Virus record (IMG/VR): IMGVR_UViG_3300017784_007148
Span: 1 to 25,327 of that record
DNA from: a virus
Lineage: Duplodnaviria > Caudoviricetes
Direction: 5' to 3' (one strand)
DNA length: 25,327 nt
Of this stretch, positions 17,127-25,327 are shown piece after piece (the stretch's first letter is position 1; each line of letters starts with the position of its first letter). The position numbers were made by a program, and so were the translations under genes. The notes under the pieces were generated by a model. The model ran no database searches. It saw nothing but the letters and a program-made list of their open reading frames with translations, and was not told where the DNA came from.

Positions 17127-20100
17127 TTAGAACTTTAGAACCAATTTAATTTCTTCTTTACTTGTCGCGCTACGAGTAACAGGCGCAAAACTTTCGGAGT
17201 ATATAACCTTACCTGAATCTCTAACCAAGTCTGGGTTCTTGATCAACAGGTGGTTGTTACAAGTACCAGATGCTCCGGATGTCTGGCCGATTATAGCATT
17301 TGATCCAGCTTGGAAATTAGTAGCATCTGAAACATCATTAAGAACCAGAACCGGAAGAACAGTAGTAATCGTTGCCGTAGAACCTAGCCCATTATTTATA
17401 ATGTCACCAGCAACAAAGTTTAGTGCTTGACTAACATTTGTCATTTTTATATATGTTGAGTTGGCGAAGGTGCAGATACCATTCGCATTCGTCGTTGTAT
17501 CTTTAACTGTTTGACCAACAGTAAAAGAGCCACTCATTGAGCTGACAACCAAATCTTTTTCATTTGACATAGAAACAACTCTACCAGTTGCTAGAGAAAT
17601 TTCTTGTTCAACATATTCGTTGTCTTGAAACGTTCCTGTAACGGATGTTAGTGCGATTCTGGTTGTCTGATTGAAACGATTACCAAAACTGGCTGATGAA
17701 TCTTTGGTTCCATTGGCTGTGAAAATGCTATCAACCGTGGCATATGCATTGACTACGTTATCGTAGATGATGTCACCGTCGGCAAACTGACCAACAACGT
17801 TGCTCATGAAATACACAGTGTTGTTGACTACTGATGTGATGATTCCTGATGCACCAGAATTAGACTGCGTAATAATAGCAGCTGAGTTACCAACAGGGAA
17901 ACGATTAATCTCGAAAGCGTTCACATTAGCTGTTGAGTTTGAATAGTAGCCATAGATTGTATTGGAAACATTGAAAGTTCCTTTGACACTCTTAAGCTGT
18001 AGGAATGACGAGTTACCATAAACAACCACACCAGCTGCATTGGTTGTCGACTGAACAACCACTTCTCCAGAAGTCCATCCTGAAGTTGTAGAATAGCTAG
18101 CCACATTAAGCGTAAAGTTAGCGCGGTCAAAGTCTGTAAGAGTTATTTTGATTTCTTTAAATTGTGGATTCTGGAGAATTCCAACCTTCCTAAACTTACC
18201 ATACCCAAGCAACTCATAACTTTCATTGCTCAAGTTGTCAAAAGAGGCATTGATTCCGATATATCTACCACCTAGTTCTGTTACCGAATCATACCCATGC
18301 CCGTATACAGGAGAAATAATAGCACGAGCAGTAGCGTTCGAACCGTAGTTTGTATTTGCATAGATGGTTACGTTAGCTTGGGTGTATCCAGATCCAGGAT
18401 TGATGATCGTCGCACCAACAATCTCATTGCTTGAGTTAGCTGCATTGTTAACGACAGCAATAGCAATAGCATTAGAACCATCGCCTGTGATTCTGATGGT
18501 AGGAGCAATCTGATATTCTGTTTGGTCATTTGGTAGGTTTATTTTAGCAACAAGAGTAGCATTGCCACTTGCGCTACCATTAGCAGTGGTCTTAAAAAAC
18601 ACAGGATAGCCGACTCTGAAAGATCCAGTTGGGTCATTGATGGTTATGTTTGGATTGCTTGATACAATTGAAATTTGCGATAGCTGCAGAGAGGATTCGC
18701 CGCTAACGAAAAACTGAGTACCACCACTATTAGCTTGCCAGGTTCCAGCCACAGCAGAAAGAATTACTGATGAACTGTTAGCAAAAGCAACTGCAGCATT
18801 CGCACCTTGATTAACACGACTCGAGTTAGTCATATTAACCTTTTCACCAACAGTAAAATATACACCCGAAAGTGTTGAGTTGGTAATAGCAATCTGAACT
18901 GATGTTAGATTTGTATTTGATATGTATCCGTTCGATCCATTCAATACAATTGATACTGGTGTACCGACAACTGGCATTTTGAAGTGAACATTAGCTGATG
19001 CTGTAAAGGTCGTTCCGAATGGTTGGTCAACGACCAGAACAGTTGTATTCGGATTGTTGATTACTCTGCGAATATTACTGACTGTGTTCGCACCTACTCT
19101 AATGTATTCACTATTAGCATACCCATTGGCGCTACTATTCAGCTGAGTTCCTGAACCATACACAACTTGGTTATCGCAGTACATAACTGCGGTAGCTGTT
19201 TGCCCTTGTATTGTATGTCCTGTTTGTGTTGGACCCTTTGTGAGAGCAATACGCGAACCAGTAGTCGTTGCTTTCAACGCCAAAACAGTAGCATTAGCAA
19301 AATCAACATAGTAGCTGGTACCAGAGGACAAGCCACCGACTGCTGTGTTGCCTGTATCTACAGTATAAGTGATCAGATCATTGGCTACAAAAAAACCAGA
19401 TGTAGCAAGAGTGATTATGTTATTTGAACCTCCACCAGTGCCACCTGTTACTGCTGTATTAGCATTGAACGTTTGGGCAGTAGGAGCTGCGATGGTGATC
19501 GTTGGAGCTACAAAATATTGCGAACCAACGTTGCTTACATTAACAGCTGAAATCTTGCCTGTTGCATTAGCTTGAGCATTAGCCACGCCACCAGAACCAG
19601 TACCATTGGCTGTTACTGTTACAACAGCATTTCCTGTATAACCTGAACCTGCGCTAGTAACAAATGCTAGGTTCATTGCACCAACGTTACCAACTGACAC
19701 AGTTCCAGTCTTCAGTGTTCCGGAGTATGCAGCGTCAACGATTGGATAACCTAGCGAGAACAGTGTGTTAGCAACGTATCTTGTTACCTGAAGAATGGTT
19801 GTGTTCGCAGCAAGAACCTTTCCAGATGCACCAGTATCTGATTGTGTTACTGTTGATTCAATGTTAAAGTAACCTTGAGTATACAAGTAGTTGATGTCAT
19901 CATATGGTTGATCCACAAAATAACCAGTAGTCACAGTTCCCTGAATGTTCGCTAGATCTAAACGTATATAAGTGTCAAATGGTTCTGCAACTAAAATCTG
20001 CTTGGAGGTTCCATTAGATGATGAGATTTCGCGAATCTGACCAGCGCCGAAACCGGACTTCAAATATATTGATGAGTTGGTGTAGTAGTCATCTGTACTG

Positions 20101-20768
20101 GATGCTGTGTTTGGAAGCTGAATGGTATACTTGTTGACCATTCCATTGATGTAACCAGTTTCATAAACAAAATACTCATCTCCACCATTTGTAATTTTGA
20201 TTACGTCAATAGAACCTGGAGTTGCATTACCCTGAACAGCTGTATTAGGAACAATTGGTATGTAGTCTGCGGTGGTGAATTTTGTGTTGGACGCAGCATC
20301 AATGGTAAACATGTACTTCCAAACGTAGCCATCACCAGTTTCGAATGTACCTGCAGTTGATGTGAGTGATGGCTTTATTGTTGAATTAGCGTCATTGTTG
20401 TTATCGATGCACTTGTAAACTTCAAAATTGTTGGTTACGACATAGAATTCTTTACTATAAAGATTAGCATCTGTCTGATCATATGAAGAATAAACTGTGT
20501 TGGCAGTCCAATCGATTCTTGGTACCATATTTGTTACATCACTGTCAACCAAAAGCTTACCATACAGTAGATCATCATATAATGTTTGTTCTACCTGAGC
20601 AACTGAGGTATTGGCTGCTAGAACAGCGCTATCATCATTACCACCAGAGCTGTTAGCCCATGGCTGTGATCTGGAGGCGAACAGATAATAACCATTTCTG
20701 TTGTCTCGAATGTCTGTAATGAAACTGTTAGCTTCGTTAATGTAATGGTTGATTGTAAGTATTGCCAT
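17127..20768 (-). CDS. gp8: Baseplate wedge protein gp8-like, enlarged by internal insertions
   Basis: 1213 aa; N-terminal PRIDW...FYVVT...VYKCIDN...GDGYVWKYMFTI and C-terminal SGKVIY....PVTR....EEIKLVLKF gp8 motifs; lies after gp6/gp7. Confidence 0.85.
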   Translation of the reverse strand: MAILTINHYINEANSFITDIRDNRNGYYLFASRSQPWANSSGGNDDSAVLAANTSVAQVEQTLYDDLLYGKLLVDSDVTNMVPRIDWTANTVYSSYDQTDANLYSKEFYVVTNNFEVYKCIDNNNDANSTIKPSLTSTAGTFETGDGYVWKYMFTIDAASNTKFTTADYIPIVPNTAVQGNATPGSIDVIKITNGGDEYFVYETGYINGMVNKYTIQLPNTASSTDDYYTNSSIYLKSGFGAGQIREISSSNGTSKQILVAEPFDTYIRLDLANIQGTVTTGYFVDQPYDDINYLYTQGYFNIESTVTQSDTGASGKVLAANTTILQVTRYVANTLFSLGYPIVDAAYSGTLKTGTVSVGNVGAMNLAFVTSAGSGYTGNAVVTVTANGTGSGGVANAQANATGKISAVNVSNVGSQYFVAPTITIAAPTAQTFNANTAVTGGTGGGSNNIITLATSGFFVANDLITYTVDTGNTAVGGLSSGTSYYVDFANATVLALKATTTGSRIALTKGPTQTGHTIQGQTATAVMYCDNQVVYGSGTQLNSSANGYANSEYIRVGANTVSNIRRVINNPNTTVLVVDQPFGTTFTASANVHFKMPVVGTPVSIVLNGSNGYISNTNLTSVQIAITNSTLSGVYFTVGEKVNMTNSSRVNQGANAAVAFANSSSVILSAVAGTWQANSGGTQFFVSGESSLQLSQISIVSSNPNITINDPTGSFRVGYPVFFKTTANGSASGNATLVAKINLPNDQTEYQIAPTIRITGDGSNAIAIAVVNNAANSSNEIVGATIINPGSGYTQANVTIYANTNYGSNATARAIISPVYGHGYDSVTELGGRYIGINASFDNLSNESYELLGYGKFRKVGILQNPQFKEIKITLTDFDRANFTLNVASYSTTSGWTSGEVVVQSTTNAAGVVVYGNSSFLQLKSVKGTFNVSNTIYGYYSNSTANVNAFEINRFPVGNSAAIITQSNSGASGIITSVVNNTVYFMSNVVGQFADGDIIYDNVVNAYATVDSIFTANGTKDSSASFGNRFNQTTRIALTSVTGTFQDNEYVEQEISLATGRVVSMSNEKDLVVSSMSGSFTVGQTVKDTTTNANGICTFANSTYIKMTNVSQALNFVAGDIINNGLGSTATITTVLPVLVLNDVSDATNFQAGSNAIIGQTSGASGTCNNHLLIKNPDLVRDSGKVIYSESFAPVTRSATSKEEIKLVLKF

Positions 20769-20794
20769 TATTCACTCAACTGCCTTTTATCTTA

Positions 20795-20802
20795 TATTTA
20801 TG
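20795..20802 (-). promoter_or_regulatory. Putative late promoter (CATAAATA) overlapping the gp7 stop codon
   Basis: CATAAATA-taagataaaaggcagttgagtgaata-ATG; same layout as the motifs at 139 and 2377. Confidence 0.6.
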
Positions 20803-22570
20803 TTTGCGTTAAAGAGAAAGACTCTGGTTCTGATTGATTGGATATCAATTCGTTTTTAATTCTGAATCTACCAAACAAAGCGATGCCTGATGGATGAATG
20901 AGGTCTTTGACAGTTTTCTCATATACATTTAGCATTCTATTAACAACGATATCATAAGAAAAGTCTTGATAGTAATAGCTATCTTGAATCTTCATAACAT
21001 CGCTCAGGAAGCTCTTGTTGTTTTTCCAGTAGCCATCACCAACACCATCAAGCTCGATTACTGCTGATGCAGTTACTATCACACCTTCGTTGCCTGGTGT
21101 GGAAAGAAATACCGTATCTCCGGGAGTAAAACCATAACCTGAGTTGATTACTTCAGCTGCAACAACAACACCCTGAGCCTCGCTAACGTTTGTTGTAATG
21201 TCAGCATTGTGTCCTTTGGTTCCACCTAATCCATCAGGTAATCCTTCGCCTGCCACGTCTGACTCAATAACATCAACATAAGGATTAGCCGAGTAGCCTG
21301 TTCCTGGGTTGATGTTTGAAAGATATGCAATAGTGCCTGCTTCAACAGTAACGAAAGATAATGTATCTGCGATTACAGAGGTTAGATTTGCTACTGGGTT
21401 TTTAGGAAATGACCAGGTCAGAGAAAGATTAGCGTTTATGTAATTGGTTATTTTATCCGTGTTCACATACAAAATTTCTTTATTGATCAGACCACCAACC
21501 TGAAATGTAGCACCTGTTCCACCACCACCGATGACACTAACAACAGTTGCTGTAGCTCCATTGCTTCCTGTTACATTATCACCAACGTAAAAGTTTAAAC
21601 CAGTGCTGAAGTTAATCATCTGTATCAAGGATGTATTGGCGAATGTTATTGTACCATTGGCTGAGGTGTTAGAGCTTACAATGGTTTCGTTTTCTGAAAA
21701 CGTTCCGATGTTATTTGCGATATTCAGATACAAAGCAGTTGCAACAGTAACAACAGCGTTCATACTGAACCCGCTACCACCGTTGATCAGATTAAACTGC
21801 ACTTTACCATTTTCGTTTCTGACTGCTGCTACTCTAGCTTTACCACTAACACCAGTTCCGCTTACATCCAGAATATCGCCAGCAGAAAATCCAGAACCAC
21901 CATTCTCGATTGCTACTGCAGTTAAAGATCCCAAAATGGTTGGTGCATTATCAAGAGTTATTTGTGGAACAGCAGAGCAAAGAATCTTTTCATTGTATTT
22001 GAATCTACCATTGACAGAAGACAGGTAGATGGTATGAATCAATCGATTGCCGACGATTTTTTTGTTAACTGTCTCAACAACAGCTGTGGAATTACGACTA
22101 CTATTGTAGATTTGTTGACCAATCAAAAGCTCTAAGTATGGGCTATCTGAAACTTCAATGTATCTTGGAATGTCCCATTCAGCATCAGATGGTTTAAAAA
22201 GAAAATTGGCAGGAATGTAAATCTCAATATCTTCATTGAACAGCATTCTGAAAAGTAGCTCGTATGCGCGAGGTGTGCCTTTTGCTCTGTAAAGATCAAG
22301 AATATGCTTGACGAGTAGTCGTTTATCCGCTATAATCGACTCTGGGAGCGAATGAAGATAAGTGTTCTTGAAGTACTTGATGAACTCTGCTTCAGTTGTA
22401 TCAATGTCTGAGTTTTCGAGTAAAGCTCTAGCATACTGTAAAGTCTGCTGAGAATTTTCCATCCACTCATAATATGCCTTTAGAAAGGCAATGAAGTTCG
22501 GTCCTTCTTCCTTATAGAAAGCAGGGAACTGCTGAGGAATAAAAGGCGATACGAACTTCTCAATAGCCAT
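20798..22570 (-). CDS. gp7: Baseplate wedge protein gp7-like (wedge initiator)
   Basis: 590 aa; QFPAFY.E....FIAFLKAYYEWME; LYRAKGT..AYELLFRMLFNE; KIQDSYYYQDFSY...LIHPSG..LFG; lies between gp6 and gp8. Confidence 0.75.
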   Translation of the reverse strand: MAIEKFVSPFIPQQFPAFYKEEGPNFIAFLKAYYEWMENSQQTLQYARALLENSDIDTTEAEFIKYFKNTYLHSLPESIIADKRLLVKHILDLYRAKGTPRAYELLFRMLFNEDIEIYIPANFLFKPSDAEWDIPRYIEVSDSPYLELLIGQQIYNSSRNSTAVVETVNKKIVGNRLIHTIYLSSVNGRFKYNEKILCSAVPQITLDNAPTILGSLTAVAIENGGSGFSAGDILDVSGTGVSGKARVAAVRNENGKVQFNLINGGSGFSMNAVVTVATALYLNIANNIGTFSENETIVSSNTSANGTITFANTSLIQMINFSTGLNFYVGDNVTGSNGATATVVSVIGGGGTGATFQVGGLINKEILYVNTDKITNYINANLSLTWSFPKNPVANLTSVIADTLSFVTVEAGTIAYLSNINPGTGYSANPYVDVIESDVAGEGLPDGLGGTKGHNADITTNVSEAQGVVVAAEVINSGYGFTPGDTVFLSTPGNEGVIVTASAVIELDGVGDGYWKNNKSFLSDVMKIQDSYYYQDFSYDIVVNRMLNVYEKTVKDLIHPSGIALFGRFRIKNELISNQSEPESFSLTQT

Positions 22571-24393
22571 TAGATAGCAACCACGCTGATGTCTAGGTTT
22601 TCCAGATCAATTTGAATTAGATCATTGCCAGTGGCAGTAATGTCCTGGTTCTGTGGTGTTGCATAAAATTTGATGGACGAAGAATCAACGAATGCATTAA
22701 TTTGTATTTTGTTTAATGCAATTATTCCATTGTTGTAGTCGATTGTTCCAGCAACAGTGTATGATTCGTATCCTGTAAGTGTAACATCTTTTAAATATAT
22801 GTTGGTTGAAGAATTTGTAATCTTATACTTACCACCAGCCAACTGAGACACTGTAAGTGTGTTGTTTAATTCATTCAAGTCAGTGTATTGGTATGTTCTG
22901 TTGTTACTAATGAACTTAGTTGTAGAGAGAGAACCTGGAACAATCGCGTTACGATAGTTTATGTCAATGTATATGTCTTCATTTAGATCTGGATTAACGT
23001 CTTTACGCATTACTACTGTTGTTTCGTTACTGCTTATGCTTGTATCAGCGTCATTGATTGCTTCTTCTAGTCTTGATAACTTAAATTCAATGTCAAAATC
23101 TGTAAGATCTTCTTCATCGTATATTTCTATTGCGGTTGAAACAATGTTTTTAATATCAGCTGGCGTATAAGAAGTATCGTTTTCTTTGAACTTAACTCTC
23201 GTTGTAAGCTGGACGTACAGATAATCAGGGTCGATTACCTGCGGTGTAATGCCCAATGTGCATCTAGCCTTTAGGAAGTTTTCTATATCCATCTTTTCAT
23301 ATTGTGCTAGTGGCGCGCCCGAGAACGTTACTGGTGTAATAAAGACCTTACCGAACTGAACTGAGTCGGTAATGGTTTCACCACCAAACACATTCACTGC
23401 CTTGACCTCGGTGTAGTTGGCTAGAACAATGTTCTTGAAGTCTTCAGTTGTTACTGCTCTGTTTTGTGTTTGAAAATGTCTCGGTGCATTGTATCGAATT
23501 GACTCGATACCTTCAGCGTTTGCACCACCAAAAGAAGCAGCAACTACTGTTACTGCGCAGTTTACAAACGAGCCAAGACCATTTACAGGACCAAGGTTAT
23601 CATCCAGAGTAAAATCATTTGATCCGTCAGCATCAGAACCTCTGGTTGTTCTATAAGCTGCTAGTATCGTTGAATCATTTAGAGGCTTACGACCAAATAC
23701 GCCATCACCAAATACGATTTCATAGTTGGTGTCTTCAGTTGCCTGTAAGAAATACACAGCAGAGTTTGATGTCAACCCATACAAATTTTCGGCTCTGGTG
23801 AAGATTGTATTTGTTTGACCATTGTTTTCTGACGTTAAAACCTGTAAAGAGTCAGTATCAACGTTTTCGTTAGAAAGAATGAAACGTTGCGCCTCTATCG
23901 TAGCATCGAAAACGAAAGCGTCATTTAAGTAGAAACCTTCATAGACACTCAAATTAGCTGTAAAAAACCCACCACTTGGATAGATCGTTTCTGACTCGCT
24001 TGTTACGTATGTGAATGTACCGTTGCCAGTCTTGCCAGTGAACTTAGTAGCTGCTGGAACCTGAAAAACAGATAAGTTAGACTGCGGAAACTGAACTGTA
24101 AGATCTGCCTTTGAAGACTTCGCTGATCTTGGTATGTAGTTTAGTTCCTTGGCTCTTGAAATAACGCTGTTACGTAGCTGAGCTGAGTCCAAAAACATTT
24201 CTGAAGCAACCATGTTCAGATAGAACGCATTCATGTGTGTGTTGTATGTAAGAATGTCAAGCAACACCGACATATTCGAGCCATCGAAATCATAATCAGT
24301 GAACTGTGATTGTGCCTTGAGGTAAGTCTTCAGACTAGCCTTGAGCGTATCGAAGTCTAGATTGACAAGGCTAATTGAATTATTTGCTGCCAT
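22570..24393 (-). CDS. gp6: Baseplate wedge subunit gp6
   Basis: 607 aa; LDFD.LK..LK.YL..Q..FTDYDFDGSNMSVLLDILTYNTH..AFY.NM...E.FLDSAQLR.SV.S.AK.L.Y.PRS; FGDGVFG; QNRAVT.ED; GTIDY..G. Confidence 0.93.
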   Translation of the reverse strand: MAANNSISLVNLDFDTLKASLKTYLKAQSQFTDYDFDGSNMSVLLDILTYNTHMNAFYLNMVASEMFLDSAQLRNSVISRAKELNYIPRSAKSSKADLTVQFPQSNLSVFQVPAATKFTGKTGNGTFTYVTSESETIYPSGGFFTANLSVYEGFYLNDAFVFDATIEAQRFILSNENVDTDSLQVLTSENNGQTNTIFTRAENLYGLTSNSAVYFLQATEDTNYEIVFGDGVFGRKPLNDSTILAAYRTTRGSDADGSNDFTLDDNLGPVNGLGSFVNCAVTVVAASFGGANAEGIESIRYNAPRHFQTQNRAVTTEDFKNIVLANYTEVKAVNVFGGETITDSVQFGKVFITPVTFSGAPLAQYEKMDIENFLKARCTLGITPQVIDPDYLYVQLTTRVKFKENDTSYTPADIKNIVSTAIEIYDEEDLTDFDIEFKLSRLEEAINDADTSISSNETTVVMRKDVNPDLNEDIYIDINYRNAIVPGSLSTTKFISNNRTYQYTDLNELNNTLTVSQLAGGKYKITNSSTNIYLKDVTLTGYESYTVAGTIDYNNGIIALNKIQINAFVDSSSIKFYATPQNQDITATGNDLIQIDLENLDISVVAI

Positions 24394-24816
24394 TTAGCGA
24401 ACTCTTCTCAAGATCAGATTTAGGTTTTGGACCGTTGTACTATTTATAATAGAGAAAAAGATATTAACTGCGATACGATCTTCTTCTGAATAAGAAAAAA
24501 TATCGACGCTGATAACACTAGCTCTTGGCTCATGAAACGCAATAGCTGATCTAATAGTGAACTTCAGGTTTTCTTCAAGGATAATATCGTTCGGCTCGAA
24601 CAAAGCATTGGCTATTTCAGAACCGATTGTTGGCTGGAACAAACGCTCACCAAGCCTTGTGAATACTATGTTCTTGATTGACTGTTTGATCGCCTGATCG
24701 TTCTTCACGCGCACGAGATCTTTGGTGATTGGATGTGGAGTCAGATCGTCCAAAAAATCAGAGAAAAGATCTGGTATCTTTTTTGTCTGAGTAAAATTGT
24801 CAGCGCGAGTTGACAT
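24394..24816 (-). CDS. gp25: Baseplate gp25-like (sheath polymerisation initiator)
   Basis: 140 aa; HPIT.DL...N..AIKQSIKNIV.T..GERLFQP.IGS....LFE...EPR...L.R.R. Confidence 0.92.
   Translation of the reverse strand: MSTRADNFTQTKKIPDLFSDFLDDLTPHPITKDLVRVKNDQAIKQSIKNIVFTRLGERLFQPTIGSEIANALFEPNDIILEENLKFTIRSAIAFHEPRASVISVDIFSYSEEDRIAVNIFFSIINSTTVQNLNLILRRVR
24441..24448 (-). promoter_or_regulatory. Exact T4 late promoter consensus TATAAATA about 47 nt upstream of gp6
   Basis: Plus strand tatttata at 24441-24448, inside the 3' end of gp25. Confidence 0.5.
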
Positions 24817-24825
24817 TCGTTATCC

Positions 24826-25327
24826 TTAATCGTTAAGTCTGATTTGAGTGCCTGTACCATTGATAATACCAGCTGCTGTTATCTTAATGTCACCTCCAGC
24901 TCTTGTCTTCAGTGTAATTGACTCAGCCTCAACAATAAACTCTTTGCATCTAATTCTTACGACGCCGTCACCAATGATCTCAACATGCCCACCAATGTTA
25001 ACGTTCAAGTCTTTACCAACGTTTTCTACTTTATTTCCAACTATTATTGACCCGGCATCACCATCAACAACAGTGCCTGTGTAACCCTTAACTCTTACAT
25101 GTTGATCTCCGCCCACATTATCATATTTATCATTGACAATGGTACTTACGTAGGTACCACCAACACCAAGCTGAAAGTTGCCCCCAGCATTCATGTACCT
25201 GTTACCAGTTGTTTCTTCTTTGACAGAGCCATCGATGTTGACGTTTTGAACACCAGACACCTTTACGTCGTAGTGACCATCAACTGTAGTGGTAAAGCTA
25301 TTAGAGAAGTAATAGTATCCACCACCA
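24826..25327 (-). CDS. gp5: C-terminal beta-helix of a gp5-like baseplate spike (partial, begins beyond the right edge)
   Basis: The frame is open upstream of the listed GTG to the window edge (GGGYYYFSNSFTTTVDGHYDVKVSG...); 8-residue VxGxxxxx periodicity; ends IRLND; adjacent to gp25. Confidence 0.8.
   Translation of the reverse strand, partial: GGGYYYFSNSFTTTVDGHYDVKVSGVQNVNIDGSVKEETTGNRYMNAGGNFQLGVGGTYVSTIVNDKYDNVGGDQHVRVKGYTGTVVDGDAGSIIVGNKVENVGKDLNVNIGGHVEIIGDGVVRIRCKEFIVEAESITLKTRAGGDIKITAAGIINGTGTQIRLND

Noticed and set aside
17393-17400. Intragenic TATAAATA in gp8 (and AATAAATA at 10209-10216)
   Set aside because: Far from the next start codon and expected by chance in Asn-rich, AT-rich coding DNA; not supportable without TSS data.
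25258-25260. GTG start given for the 144-aa ORF
   Set aside because: The frame stays open to the window edge with the same repeat pattern, so the gene starts outside the window.

Overview
The window is a gap-poor, single-orientation (minus-strand) late structural operon of a T4-like myovirus. In transcription order: gp5-like spike C-terminus (partial), gp25, gp6, gp7-like wedge, a greatly enlarged gp8, a VrlC/DUF4815-type virion protein apparently split into two genes, small adaptor/coiled-coil genes, and a series of modular fibre/adhesin genes running off the left edge. Several T4-type late promoter motifs (NATAAATA) precede genes. No RNA genes, CRISPR or mobile-element genes were seen. Main leads: (1) heavy N-X-S/T sequon loading of exposed virion proteins but not of chaperone-like proteins, suggesting an N-glycosylated virion; (2) an alternating C-terminal LDGGSF / N-terminal Mtd-N-like domain pattern that may be a plug-and-socket fibre chain; (3) a mosaic fibre gene whose modules are bounded by DNA-level conserved repeats, with a truncated ORF remnant downstream. 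All family calls come from motif recognition and all counts are by hand; no searches were run.
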